DNA of 64,000 nt, taken from the NCBI RefSeq assembly GCF_041248615.1, contig NZ_CP158426.1. The stretch is one strand, 5' to 3'. The notes beneath the pieces were generated by a model. That model saw only the letters and a program-made list of their open reading frames with translations. It did no database searches and was not told the origin of the DNA. This document shows, in pieces, positions 31,600 through 42,225 of this stretch. Numbering within the stretch: position 1 is the stretch's first letter; the number at the start of each line of letters is the position of its first letter. The position numbers were made by a program, and so were the translations under genes. This stretch comes from Escherichia coli. Lineage in GTDB: Bacteria > Pseudomonadota > Gammaproteobacteria > Enterobacterales > Enterobacteriaceae.

Positions 31600-32913
31600 G
31601 ACCCTGTAAATAATTCTGTGTAACTGCCGCCGTATTAAAGGTGCTCGCTAAGGCGGTCACCGAACTCGATAATAAAACGGCTCATTGCCAGCCGCCAGTT
31701 CTGGATTGGCATACTCCATTTTTTGACGCCGACTGTATCGCCAGATAAATCACTTTTCGCACCGAGTCGTCCGTTGGGAACACCTTGCGCTTCTTTATCG
31801 CCTGCCGAATGACACTGTTCAGCGATTCGATGGCATTCGTCGTGTAGATGGCCTTGCGGATATCCGGTGGGTAACCGAAGAAGGTGTTGAGATTTTCCCA
31901 GTGTGTGCGCCAGCTCTTGCTGATTTGCGGGTATTTTTCATCCCAGACGCCTGCAAACTTATCCAACGCCATCAACGCCGTTTCCTCTGTCGGGGCCTGA
32001 TATACCGCTTTCAGCCCGCTGGTGACGGCTTTGTAATCCTTCCACGACACGAATTTCAGGCTGTTGCGCACCATATGGATGATGCAGAGCTGAATATGCG
32101 TCTGCGGGTACACGCTATTTATCGCTTCCGGGAAGCCTTTCAGGCCGTCCACGAAGGCGATAAGGATATCGTTCAGGCCGCGATTTTTCAGTTCCGTCAG
32201 TACATTCAGCCAGAACTTTGCACCTTCATTTTCGGCCAGCCACATATCCAGCAGCTCTTTCTGACCGTCGGTATTGATGCCCAGCGCGAGGAACACCGCT
32301 TTGTTAATGACACTCCCGCTGTGACGAACCTTAACCACAATACAGTCAAGATAAACAATGGGATACAGTGCATCCAACGGTCGGTTTTGCCATTCAGAGA
32401 CCTGTTCTTTAACCGCATCGGTCACTTTGGATATCAGCGTGGGCGAGACATCGGCGTCGTACATTTCTTTGAAGGCTGAGGTAATTTCGCGGGTAGTCAT
32501 CCCTCTGGCATACAGCGCCAGGATCTGGTTGTCCATGCCGGTAATGCGGGTCTGATTTTTCTTCACCAGTTGTGGTTCGAAGGTATTTTCACGGTCACGC
32601 GGCGTGTTAAGTTCGATCTCGCCATCATCGCACAATACCGTTTTTGACGAGTAGCCATTACGGGTATTAGAGCCTGATTTAGGAGCATTTTTCTCATGAC
32701 CTAGATGGTCAGTCAGTTCTGCATTGAGCGCCGTTTCGACGGTAAGCTTTGTCAACATGCGTGAAAACTGGTTGAGGTCGGCTTCGGTTTTAAGGCCTTT
32801 GGCCAGTTCAGCCGCAAGGACTTTAAGTTTCTTTTCGTCCATCGTTTGCCTGTCTCCGTTGTTGGAGTGAACATATCAAAAACAGGCAATTACACAATTT
32901 TAATTACAGTCTC
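31600..32913 (-). mobile_element. IS1414-related IS256-family element (variant 2, no astA), 1314 bp
   Basis: Terminal repeats similar to IS1414; 8-bp target duplication TTCAGAAT on both flanks; the astA frame is closed by a stop. Confidence 0.8.
31682..32842 (-). CDS. IS256-family transposase (variant 2); C-terminus altered by an apparent 1-nt loss in an A-run
   Basis: 386-aa ORF; an alternative frame near the 3' end encodes ...KWSMPIQNWRLAMSRFIIEFGDRLSEHL matching the IS1414 C-terminus. Confidence 0.8.
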   Translation of the reverse strand: MDEKKLKVLAAELAKGLKTEADLNQFSRMLTKLTVETALNAELTDHLGHEKNAPKSGSNTRNGYSSKTVLCDDGEIELNTPRDRENTFEPQLVKKNQTRITGMDNQILALYARGMTTREITSAFKEMYDADVSPTLISKVTDAVKEQVSEWQNRPLDALYPIVYLDCIVVKVRHSGSVINKAVFLALGINTDGQKELLDMWLAENEGAKFWLNVLTELKNRGLNDILIAFVDGLKGFPEAINSVYPQTHIQLCIIHMVRNSLKFVSWKDYKAVTSGLKAVYQAPTEETALMALDKFAGVWDEKYPQISKSWRTHWENLNTFFGYPPDIRKAIYTTNAIESLNSVIRQAIKKRKVFPTDDSVRKVIYLAIQSASKNGVCQSRTGGWQ

Positions 32914-32931
32914 TTCAGAATGGGTAATCAG

Positions 32932-32990
32932 TGACCGTCCTGACGGTCACTTTAAAGAAAATGCATATTACACAGAATGGTAAACAGGCT
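32932..32990. mobile_element. Solo IS256-family terminal remnant (about 60 bp)
   Basis: Sequence GTGACCGTCCTGACGGTCAC...ATTACACAGAATGGTAAACAGGCTC resembles the IS1414 right end. Confidence 0.5.
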
Positions 32991-33049
32991 CAACATAGAG
33001 CTTGAAGGTAGTTGTTGCCTTGTAATAAAATGTGTGATTCATAGACATC

Positions 33050-33640
33050 GTTTCAATTTTCTCAGTTCAAGTTCAGGCTTGTAATTCTGTTCCTGTATAT
33101 GCTCTTCATTGGGCTGATAGTTTGCATGAACGGCATCGGAGTATGGTGTTTTCTCAGCAAGTTCAAAGTAGCGTTCCATCGGAGTTTTACCGTTGTGAGC
33201 GCTATGAGGACGTTCCCTGTTATAGTAATGCTACCATTCTGCTAGCAATCCCTTCAGGTCATCAGCAGAAAGATCTACGGTAGCGTAAAACTCAGCTTTG
33301 TCTGTCTTTTGGGAACGTCCAACCTTTATTACATCAGGCGACAACTACCTTGAAAAACGCCGTTACTCACCGATCCCCTTCACGGTAATACGCACTATTG
33401 CCAGTGAGATTGAATGAAGTCGTTTTAACTCGCTTTGAATACGTCTTGCACCCAGATTTCGCTGAGAACGTAACTTCCAGAATCAGAGCGACTTCGCAAG
33501 TGCTGGTTTTCGTTGATGGTGAACGCTTGGAGCGACGGCTGTAGCTTTCCAGACCAGCGATGCCCTGAGCCAGATATCTGCGCCACCATTTACACAATGT
33601 GGGCCGAGAAGTGCCACAGTGACGGCATACAAATGTCAAC
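33050..33640 (-). pseudogene. IS481/IS3-type transposase remnants
   Basis: Fragmentary translations with a transposase HTH (LCKWWRRYLAQG...) and integrase-core C-terminal motif (WYHYYN.ERPHS). Confidence 0.5.
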
Positions 33641-33682
33641 GACGGATGAAAAGTGGCTCTTACGCAACCTGGATGGAGATTT

Positions 33683-34700
33683 TCATGCCAGTGGACTCAT
33701 GACCCTCTGCCTGAGTAGTTCAAATCCGGCTCGACCATACATCTGGCCTTTCAGCATTTTTAGTCGATTTACATGACTTTCGACAACCCCCATTATTCCA
33801 GCGACTGCTGATTGCCTCACATATAGCCGCAGCATCAGCTGCCATCCTTGCAGCCACGCGCCGAAGTTACCACTTTCTCGTTGCTCTTTTAACCACTCCC
33901 TCCATGGGGCCAGAAGTCCTCGCTCTGGAGGCCGGGTTGACATTTCAGGGAATGTTCCTGAACACACCCAGAGACTGACTGTCACACGTGATAAGCCTGT
34001 AATACGGGATATTTCCCCTGAACCCACATCCCTTGTTATGTAGTGCCATAACCTCTGTCCAACGCTGATGCCGTTTTTGGCGGGTTTGCTGTTTAAGGCG
34101 TTCCGGACGACGGAGCGATGCTACAGGCACAGACAGTACTGGCTTAGGTGATTTCTTTGGTGACAACCCACTGGCAACAAGACGTATCAGAGGCATCTGT
34201 CTGTACATCATTCGTTCAGGCGCATCGCCAATATTTTTTAGCAGGTGCCATCGATCAGCTATCTGTCTGGCCTGAGGTGCACCTTCACGTGCTGCTGTCG
34301 CATAGACTCCGCCACGGTCACGTGAGACAACCTGTATTTCCGGATATTTTCTGAACCAGGTCGCCAGCGTACTCTGATCGCAACCGGGAAGCAGGACGAG
34401 GGGACGGTGAGTATCAAGATTGACGATTAACGTGCCGTAATGGTGGCCCCGATGCCACGCCCACTCATCAATACCGACATGAGGCGCGCCCGACTGTTTC
34501 GTCTCCGGGGTATTAATAACCCTGCGAAGAAGAGTATCAGCACTGCAACGTAGCCCCACTGCCGTTGCTGCCTGTTTCCCGGCCTCACCTCCGGCTATTA
34601 ATCCCGGTTGACGTTGTAAATTTTGTAACGCCTGTGAATACTGCTGATGTGAACTGTGAAGGGAGGCTGAGACTCGGCAAAATTTTTCGTTAACAGGCAA
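33683..34700 (-). pseudogene. ISL3-family transposase, frameshifted
   Basis: ORFs 33945..34700 and 33683..34027 together cover an ISL3-like transposase (...SRDRGGVYATAAREGAPQARQIADRWHLLKN...). Confidence 0.6.
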
Positions 34701-35126
34701 GGGTTATGGCAGCACCAGAGTAAGATGCGTCTGGGCTGAGCAGGGTAAGTGCTGTATCTGGAGGCGATGGCATCTATGAACTGAGTAGCTGTGCTTAAGG
34801 TATTCAACACATAGTGCTGTTTTGCATTTTCCGGGGAGATGGAGGGTTATATACCGTCAGAGCTAATAACTTCTTGACCGTATTGCCATCAGCAAAGTAA
34901 CCGTAGAAATCTCTTAAGTGAGTGTATTAAGTTACCCATAACTTAAAACGGCTTCACTGGTAAGCCTCATACATTTTCTTTCACTCAAGTTGTGGAAGCC
35001 CTCTTTCGTCGAACCGTTCGTTATAAATGCAAAAGATGTATGCTGACCCTCTCAAAGCCGAAATCATACAGAGTTTATGGAAAAGTGGTGAACCAGTCGC
35101 GTCGAAAGTAGATTGAGCTCATATCA

Positions 35127-36320
35127 TTACTTGCTTTTGCAGCAGCGCCAGATAAATACAGTCACCATGCTAAATAATACAGCGGCAAATAATGCCATCA
35201 CAATCAGTGCTATTGCGACACCTGTTTTCGACACCAATGGTACCAACAACGCGCAAAGCCCATAGCCAAGTGTGTGACTGCAAGCGAGCCAGCCCGCGCC
35301 TGCGCCGTCGGCCAGCTTATCATTCAGTAAAAGTTGATAAGCGGGGGTTGCCAGAGCAGCTCCAAATGACAGCACTGCACAGCCTAGGTAAAACAACCAT
35401 AGCTGTTCAGCGAGCATGATAGCCAGACCACTACTCATCAACACCCCGGCACTCAGGAGCAGAGCCACTGGAGTCAGGCGCTGTGGACGGAGTACCACGA
35501 ACTGCGCGATAAGCGCAGCTATTGCGGACAGCCCCAACAACCACGCTACCTGTTGGCTAATAGTGGTGGTATCAGTGGCGAACTGGCGAGTAAGGGCTGG
35601 AGAAAGTCCAAGCTGCATCATGCTCATTGCCGCAGCCAGTAACATTGCGCAAAGCAGATAAGGCAGGAAATCCCGCTTCAGGCTGACGCTCTTGCGCTCC
35701 GGTGTGGGCTGTGGTGGTGTGCCGGGCAACCGCAGAAGCATCACCAGTGCCAGCGCTGGCGCTGCCATCAGCATCCACACTGGCGCCAGAGGGTGAATGA
35801 CCAACATTGCCGCCGCGCACAGCGGCCCGAATAGCCTGCCGCAGCTCAGGCCGGAGCTGATGGTTGCCAGAGCGGCCATGCGATTCCCATCTCCCGCTCT
35901 CTGCAATGCCCAGACCTGACAGGCTGGCACCATTGCTGACACGGTCAGACCGTAGACGATCCGGGCGATGATTAATATTCCCAACCCCACCGCTTTTGTT
36001 ACGGCACCGGTAGCCATCAGCACGCTTCCCAGCCCAAGCAGGGTAAAGCTTACGCCATATCCTCCCAGAGCCCACAGCACCACAGTCTTACTGCCAGTAA
36101 GGGAAATTTGCTTTCCCCACCATGGGGAAGATGGCAGAAACAGCATTGAGCCCAGCATCAGCAGGGCAGCCCATACAGACAGACTCAGATTTGTCTGTAT
36201 GACCAGAACAGGGAGTACAACCAGCAGACCGTTCTGTCCGATACCGAGAAGACCGGCACTGAACGCCAGTGGCCAGCAGGACAGGGTTTTTTGGGGCGTA
36301 TCTTCGATCTTAGATGACAT
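35127..36320 (-). CDS. shiF: MFS transporter ShiF, divergent from iucA
   Basis: 397-aa multi-span hydrophobic ORF in the position ShiF occupies in SHI-2-type aerobactin islands. Confidence 0.75.
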   Translation of the reverse strand: MSSKIEDTPQKTLSCWPLAFSAGLLGIGQNGLLVVLPVLVIQTNLSLSVWAALLMLGSMLFLPSSPWWGKQISLTGSKTVVLWALGGYGVSFTLLGLGSVLMATGAVTKAVGLGILIIARIVYGLTVSAMVPACQVWALQRAGDGNRMAALATISSGLSCGRLFGPLCAAAMLVIHPLAPVWMLMAAPALALVMLLRLPGTPPQPTPERKSVSLKRDFLPYLLCAMLLAAAMSMMQLGLSPALTRQFATDTTTISQQVAWLLGLSAIAALIAQFVVLRPQRLTPVALLLSAGVLMSSGLAIMLAEQLWLFYLGCAVLSFGAALATPAYQLLLNDKLADGAGAGWLACSHTLGYGLCALLVPLVSKTGVAIALIVMALFAAVLFSMVTVFIWRCCKSK

Positions 36321-36394
36321 TGTAATGTTTCAACACCATGTATTAATTGTGTTTATTTGTAAAATTAATTTTTCTGACAATAACATTTCTCATT

Positions 36395-36412
36395 GATAAT
36401 GATAATCATTAT
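36395..36412 (+). promoter_or_regulatory. Fur box in the aerobactin promoter
   Basis: GATAATGATAATCATTAT matches the Fur consensus GATAATGATAATCATTATC, about 45 bp upstream of the iucA start. Confidence 0.8.
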
Positions 36413-36455
36413 TGACATAATTGTTATTATTTTACTGTGTAGGAGCTGTTTGATT

Positions 36456-38180
36456 ATGATCCTGCCCTCTGAAAAATCCGCCACAGATGTGGCTGCGCAG
36501 TGCTTCCTGAATGCCTTGATTCGTGAAACCAAAGACTGGCAACTGGCGGAATACCCGCCAGACGAATTGATTATCCCGCTGGACGAACAGAAGTCGCTCC
36601 ATTTCAGAGTGGCTTATTTCTCCCCAACCCAGCATCACCGCTTTGCATTTCCTGCTCATCTGGTCACGGCATCAGGCAGTTATCCTGTCGATTTTACCAC
36701 TCTCTCCCGGCTTATTATTGACAAGCTCCGGCATCAACTTTTTCTGCCAGTTCCCCTCTGCGAAACTTTCCACCAACGCGTGCTGGAAAGCTACGCCCAT
36801 ACGCAACAGACAATTGATGCCCGCCATGACTGGGCCATCCTGCGTGAGAAAGCGTTGAATTTTGGCGAGGCTGAGCAGGCACTGCTGACAGGACACGCTT
36901 TCCACCCTGCACCTAAGTCTCATGAACCGTTTAACCGCCAGGAAGCTGAACGATACCTGCCTGACATGGCACCTCACTTCCCGCTGCGGTGGTTTTCGGT
37001 GGATAAAACGCAAATCGCTGGTGAAAGTCTGCATCTTAACCTTCAACAGCGGTTGACGCGATTTGCCGCAGAAAATGCGCCCCAGTTACTCAACGAATTA
37101 AGTGACAATCAATGGCTGTTCCCGCTGCACCCGTGGCAGGGAGAATATCTTTTGCAGCAGGTGTGGTGCCAGGCACTTTTTGCTAAAGGACTTATCAGAG
37201 ACTTAGGCGAGGCCGGCACGTCGTGGCTGCCGACCACCTCTTCCCGCTCCCTCTACTGTGCTACCAGCCGCGATATGATCAAGTTCTCCCTGAGCGTTCG
37301 GCTGACCAACTCCGTCCGTACTCTGTCTGTGAAAGAGGTGGAGCGAGGAATGCGCCTGGCACGTCTGGCGCAAACCGACGGCTGGCAGATGCTACAGGCC
37401 CGCTTCCCTACTTTCCGGGTAATGCAGGAGGACGGCTGGGCCGGGCTGCGCGATCTTAACGGCAACATCATGCAGGAAAGTTTGTTTTCCCTGCGTGAAA
37501 ACCTGCTGCTGGAGCAGCCGCAAAGCCAGACCAACGTTCTGGTTTCCCTGACTCAGGCCGCACCGGATGGCGGTGATTCGCTGCTGGTTTCGGCGGTAAA
37601 ACGCCTGAGCGATCGCCTCGGTATCACTGTGCAACAGGCCGCCCACGCATGGGTCGATGCTTACTGTCAGCAGGTGCTGAAGCCTCTGTTTACGGCTGAA
37701 GCGGATTACGGCCTGGTGCTGCTGGCGCATCAGCAAAATATTCTTGTGCAGATGCTTGGGGATCTGCCGGTCGGATTTATTTACCGTGACTGCCAGGGCA
37801 GCGCGTTTATGCCTCACGCGACAGAGTGGCTCGATACCATTGACGAGGCGCAGGCGGAAAATATTTTCACCCGTGAGCAGTTGCTGCGCTATTTCCCTTA
37901 TTACCTGCTGGTTAACTCCACTTTTGCCGTAACTGCTGCGCTGGGTGCTGCCGGGCTGGACAGCGAAGCGAATCTGATGGCTCGTGTACGAACATTGCTG
38001 GCTGAAGTGCGTGACCAGGTGACTCATAAAACCTGTCTCAACTATGTTCTGGAAAGTCCGTACTGGAACGTAAAAGGTAACTTTTTCTGTTATCTGAACG
38101 ATCATAACGAGAACACCATCGTTGACCCTTCGGTGATCTATTTTGATTTCGCTAACCCGCTGCAGGCTCAGGAGGTCTGA
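36456..38180 (+). CDS. iucA: Aerobactin synthetase IucA
   Basis: 574-aa product from the ATG preceded by AGGAG; IucA/IucC-family siderophore synthetase. Confidence 0.9.
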   Translation: MILPSEKSATDVAAQCFLNALIRETKDWQLAEYPPDELIIPLDEQKSLHFRVAYFSPTQHHRFAFPAHLVTASGSYPVDFTTLSRLIIDKLRHQLFLPVPLCETFHQRVLESYAHTQQTIDARHDWAILREKALNFGEAEQALLTGHAFHPAPKSHEPFNRQEAERYLPDMAPHFPLRWFSVDKTQIAGESLHLNLQQRLTRFAAENAPQLLNELSDNQWLFPLHPWQGEYLLQQVWCQALFAKGLIRDLGEAGTSWLPTTSSRSLYCATSRDMIKFSLSVRLTNSVRTLSVKEVERGMRLARLAQTDGWQMLQARFPTFRVMQEDGWAGLRDLNGNIMQESLFSLRENLLLEQPQSQTNVLVSLTQAAPDGGDSLLVSAVKRLSDRLGITVQQAAHAWVDAYCQQVLKPLFTAEADYGLVLLAHQQNILVQMLGDLPVGFIYRDCQGSAFMPHATEWLDTIDEAQAENIFTREQLLRYFPYYLLVNSTFAVTAALGAAGLDSEANLMARVRTLLAEVRDQVTHKTCLNYVLESPYWNVKGNFFCYLNDHNENTIVDPSVIYFDFANPLQAQEV

Positions 38181-39128
38181 ATGTCTGGGGCAAACATTGT
38201 TCACAGCGGATATGGACTGCGCTGTGAAAAACTCGACAAGCCTCTGAATCTTGGCTGGGGGCTGGACAATAGCGCGGTGTTGCACTGGCCCGGGGAGCTG
38301 CCAACAGGATGGCTGTGCGACGCGCTGGATCAGATATTTATCGCCGCACCACAACTTTCAGCAGTGGTTCTTCCCTGGTCCGAATGGTGTGAGGAGCCAC
38401 AGGCGCTGACGCTTTTCGGACAGGTACAAAGCGACATTATCCATCGTTCCGCTTTCTGGCAGTTACCGTTATGGCTGAGTTCTCCGGCAAACCGGGCCTC
38501 CGGTGAAATGGTTTTTGATGCAGAGCGTGAGATTTATTTCCCGCAGCGCCCCCCCCGTCCGCAGGGTGAAGTTTATCGTCGTTACGATCCACGCATTCGC
38601 AGGATGCTGAGTTTCCGCATTGCCGATCCCGTTTCTGATGCAGAACGTTTCACTCGCTGGATGAACGATCCGCGCGTTGAGTATTTCTGGGAGCAAAGTG
38701 GCTCACTGGAGGTACAGATCGCCTATCTGGAACGCCAGCTCACCAGTAAACATGCATTCCCGCTGATTGGTTGTTTCGACGATCGGCCGTTCAGTTATTT
38801 CGAAATCTACTGGGCGGCGGAAGACCGCATTGGTCGCCACTATTCGTGGCAGCCCTTTGACCGTGGCCTGCATCTGCTGGTTGGTGAACAGCAATGGCGC
38901 GGAGCCCACTATGTGCAAAGCTGGCTGCGCGGGGTGACACATTACCTGCTGCTGAATGAGCCACGTACGCAGCGCACAGTACTGGAGCCACGCACCGATA
39001 ACCAGCGCCTGTTCCGCCATCTTGAGCCTGCGGGATACCGGACAATTAAAGAGTTCGACTTCCCACATAAACGCTCGCGCATGGTGATGGCGGATCGTCA
39101 TCACTTCTTCACGGAGGTCGGTCTGTAA
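38181..39128 (+). CDS. iucB: N6-hydroxylysine O-acetyltransferase IucB
   Basis: 315-aa ORF immediately after the iucA stop. Confidence 0.9.
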   Translation: MSGANIVHSGYGLRCEKLDKPLNLGWGLDNSAVLHWPGELPTGWLCDALDQIFIAAPQLSAVVLPWSEWCEEPQALTLFGQVQSDIIHRSAFWQLPLWLSSPANRASGEMVFDAEREIYFPQRPPRPQGEVYRRYDPRIRRMLSFRIADPVSDAERFTRWMNDPRVEYFWEQSGSLEVQIAYLERQLTSKHAFPLIGCFDDRPFSYFEIYWAAEDRIGRHYSWQPFDRGLHLLVGEQQWRGAHYVQSWLRGVTHYLLLNEPRTQRTVLEPRTDNQRLFRHLEPAGYRTIKEFDFPHKRSRMVMADRHHFFTEVGL

Positions 39129-40870
39129 TGAATCACAAAGACTGGGATTTGGTCAACCGCCGCTTGGTGGCAAAAATGTTGTCTGAGCTGGAGTATGAGC
39201 AGGTTTTCCACGCGGAATCTCAGGGCGATGACCGCTACTGCATTAACCTGCCGGGAGCACAATGGCGCTTCATCGCTGAACGTGGTATCTGGGGCTGGCT
39301 CTGGATTGATGCTCAAACTCTGCGCTGCGCGGACGAGCCAGTACTGGCTCAGACGCTGCTGATGCAGCTAAAGCAGGTACTGTCAATGAGCGATGCAACC
39401 GTTGCTGAGCATATGCAGGATTTGTATTCCACGCTGCTGGGCGACCTGCAACTGCTGAAAGCCCGTCGCGGGCTGAGCGCCAGTGACCTGATTAATCTTA
39501 GTGCCGACCGCCTGCAATGCCTGCTGAGCGGTCATCCTAAATTCGTTTTTAATAAAGGTCGCCGTGGCTGGGGTAAAGAGGCGCTGGAACGATATGCGCC
39601 AGAGTATGCCAACACCTTTAGACTGCACTGGCTGGCGGTAAAACGTGAACATATGATCTGGCGCTGTGATAACGAGATGGATATTCATCAGTTGTTGACG
39701 GCCGCAATGGATCCGCAGGAGTTTGCCCGCTTCAGTCAGGTCTGGCAGGAAAACGGACTGGATCATAACTGGCTGCCGCTGCCTGTACATCCGTGGCAGT
39801 GGCAGCAAAAAATCGCCACCGACTTCATCGCTGATTTTGCCGAAGGCAGGATGGTGTCTCTCGGCGAGTTTGGCGACCAGTGGCTCGCCCAGCAGTCGCT
39901 GCGTACCCTGACCAACGCCAGTCGCCGGGGTGGGCTGGATATCAAGCTGCCGCTGACCATCTACAACACCTCATGCTACCGGGGGATTCCTGGCAGATAC
40001 ATCGCTGCCGGACCACTGGCTTCACGCTGGCTACAACAGGTTTTTGCGACCGACGCTACCCTGGTGCAAAGCGGTGCAGTGATCCTTGGTGAACCGGCTG
40101 CAGGCTATGTCTCCCATGAAGGCTATGCCGCGCTTGCCCGGGCTCCCTATCGCTACCAGGAAATGCTTGGTGTTATCTGGCGGGAGAATCCGTGCCGCTG
40201 GCTGAAACCGGATGAAAGTCCGGTTCTGATGGCAACACTGATGGAGTGCGACGAAAACGATCAGCCGCTGGCAGGCGCATATATAGACCGCTCCGGGCTG
40301 GACGCTGAAACCTGGCTTACGCAACTGTTCCGGGTGGTCGTGGTTCCTCTGTATCACCTGCTTTGCCGCTACGGTGTCGCGCTTATTGCACATGGACAAA
40401 ATATAACGCTCGCCATGAAAAAGGGGGTTCCACAGCGTGTTCTGCTGAAAGACTTCCAGGGCGATATGCGGCTGGTGAAAGAAGAGTTCCCCGAAATGGA
40501 CTCTTTGCCTCAGGAGGTTCGTGATGTTACATCCCGCCTGAGTGCGGACTACTTAATCCATGATTTGCAGACGGGTCACTTCGTGACAGTACTGCGTTTT
40601 ATTTCGCCACTGATGGTTCGTCTTGGCGTACCTGAACGGCGATTTTATCAACTGCTGGCAGCAGTGTTGAGTGATTACATGAAAAAACATCCACAAATGT
40701 CAGAGCGTTTTGCGCTTTTCTCACTTTTCAGGCCACAAATCATTCGCGTGGTGCTGAACCCGGTAAAACTGACCTGGCCTGATCTGGATGGCGGCAGCCG
40801 CATGCTGCCGAATTACCTTGAGGATCTGCAAAATCCGCTGTGGCTGGTAACTCAGGAATATGAATCATGA
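39128..40870 (+). CDS. iucC: Aerobactin synthetase IucC
   Basis: 580-aa ORF, IucA/IucC family, overlapping the iucB stop. Confidence 0.9.
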   Translation: MNHKDWDLVNRRLVAKMLSELEYEQVFHAESQGDDRYCINLPGAQWRFIAERGIWGWLWIDAQTLRCADEPVLAQTLLMQLKQVLSMSDATVAEHMQDLYSTLLGDLQLLKARRGLSASDLINLSADRLQCLLSGHPKFVFNKGRRGWGKEALERYAPEYANTFRLHWLAVKREHMIWRCDNEMDIHQLLTAAMDPQEFARFSQVWQENGLDHNWLPLPVHPWQWQQKIATDFIADFAEGRMVSLGEFGDQWLAQQSLRTLTNASRRGGLDIKLPLTIYNTSCYRGIPGRYIAAGPLASRWLQQVFATDATLVQSGAVILGEPAAGYVSHEGYAALARAPYRYQEMLGVIWRENPCRWLKPDESPVLMATLMECDENDQPLAGAYIDRSGLDAETWLTQLFRVVVVPLYHLLCRYGVALIAHGQNITLAMKKGVPQRVLLKDFQGDMRLVKEEFPEMDSLPQEVRDVTSRLSADYLIHDLQTGHFVTVLRFISPLMVRLGVPERRFYQLLAAVLSDYMKKHPQMSERFALFSLFRPQIIRVVLNPVKLTWPDLDGGSRMLPNYLEDLQNPLWLVTQEYES

Positions 40871-42144
40871 AAAAAAGTGTCGATTTTATTGGTGTAGGGA
40901 CAGGGCCATTTAATCTCAGCATTGCTGCGTTGTCACATCAGATCGAAGAACTGGACTGTCTCTTCTTTGATGAACATCCTCATTTTTCCTGGCATCCGGG
41001 TATGCTGGTACCGGATTGTCATATGCAGACCGTCTTTCTGAAAGATCTGGTCAGTGCTGTTGCACCTACAAATCCCTACAGCTTTGTTAACTATCTGGTG
41101 AAGCACAAAAAGTTCTATCGCTTCCTTACAAGCAGACTACGTACAGTATCCCGTGAAGAGTTTTCTGACTACCTCCGCTGGGCTGCTGAAGATATGAATA
41201 ACCTGTATTTCAGTCATACCGTTGAAAACATTGATTTCGATAAAAAACGTCGATTGTTTCTGGTGCAAACCAGCCGGGGAGAATATTTTGCCCACAATAT
41301 CTGCCTTGGTACAGGAAAACAACCTTATTTACCACCCTGTGTGAAGCATATGACACAATCCTGTTTCCATGCCAGTGAAATGAATCTTCGTCGGCCGGAC
41401 CTTAGTGAAAAACGGGTAACCGTGGTTGGTGGAGGACAGAGTGGTGCAGACCTGTTCCTTAATGCATTACGCGGGGAATGGGGAGAAGCGGCGGAAATAA
41501 ACTGGATCTCCCGGCGGAATAATTTTAACGCACTGGATGAGGCTGCTTTTGCTGATGAGTATTTTACACCTGAATATATTTCAGGCTTCTCCGGACTGGA
41601 GGAAGATATTCGCCATCAGTTACTGGATGAGCAGAAAATGACATCGGATGGCATCACTGCCGATTCTTTACTGACCATTTATCGTGAGTTGTACCACCGT
41701 TTTGAAGTTCTGAGAAAACCAAGAAATATCCGTCTGCTACCCAGCCGCTCGGTAACAACTCTGGAAAGTAGTGGTCCTGGCTGGAAGTTGCTGATGGAGC
41801 ATCATCTGGATCAGGGCAGGGAGAGCCTGGAAAGTGATGTGGTGATTTTCGCCACAGGTTACCGTTCTGCGTTGCCACAAATACTTCCCTCACTGATGCC
41901 GCTGATCACCATGCACGATAAGAACACCTTTAAAGTGCGTGATGACTTCACTCTGGAATGGAGTGGCCCGAAAGAGAACAACATCTTCGTGGTCAACGCC
42001 AGTATGCAAACCCATGGCATCGCCGAACCTCAGCTCAGCCTGATGGCATGGAGATCTGCACGTATTCTTAATCGTGTAATGGGACGTGATTTATTCGATC
42101 TCAGTATGCCGCCCGCCCTGATTCAGTGGCGCAGCGGCACCTAG
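40867..42144 (+). CDS. iucD: L-lysine N6-monooxygenase IucD
   Basis: FAD/NADPH-dependent N-hydroxylating monooxygenase (GVGTGPFNLS motif), overlaps the iucC stop. Confidence 0.9.
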   Translation: MKKSVDFIGVGTGPFNLSIAALSHQIEELDCLFFDEHPHFSWHPGMLVPDCHMQTVFLKDLVSAVAPTNPYSFVNYLVKHKKFYRFLTSRLRTVSREEFSDYLRWAAEDMNNLYFSHTVENIDFDKKRRLFLVQTSRGEYFAHNICLGTGKQPYLPPCVKHMTQSCFHASEMNLRRPDLSEKRVTVVGGGQSGADLFLNALRGEWGEAAEINWISRRNNFNALDEAAFADEYFTPEYISGFSGLEEDIRHQLLDEQKMTSDGITADSLLTIYRELYHRFEVLRKPRNIRLLPSRSVTTLESSGPGWKLLMEHHLDQGRESLESDVVIFATGYRSALPQILPSLMPLITMHDKNTFKVRDDFTLEWSGPKENNIFVVNASMQTHGIAEPQLSLMAWRSARILNRVMGRDLFDLSMPPALIQWRSGT

Positions 42145-42225
42145 GGAAAACGCAGCCGGAGGCTGCTTCTTTAACTCGCTACACAGCATCTTTGGGCTGA
42201 TTTTTTCCGCCCGTGTGGAGGAATA

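Noticed and set aside
37392-38354. 320-aa minus-strand ORF
   Set aside because: Antisense to iucA and iucB, which have recognisable products; shadow ORF
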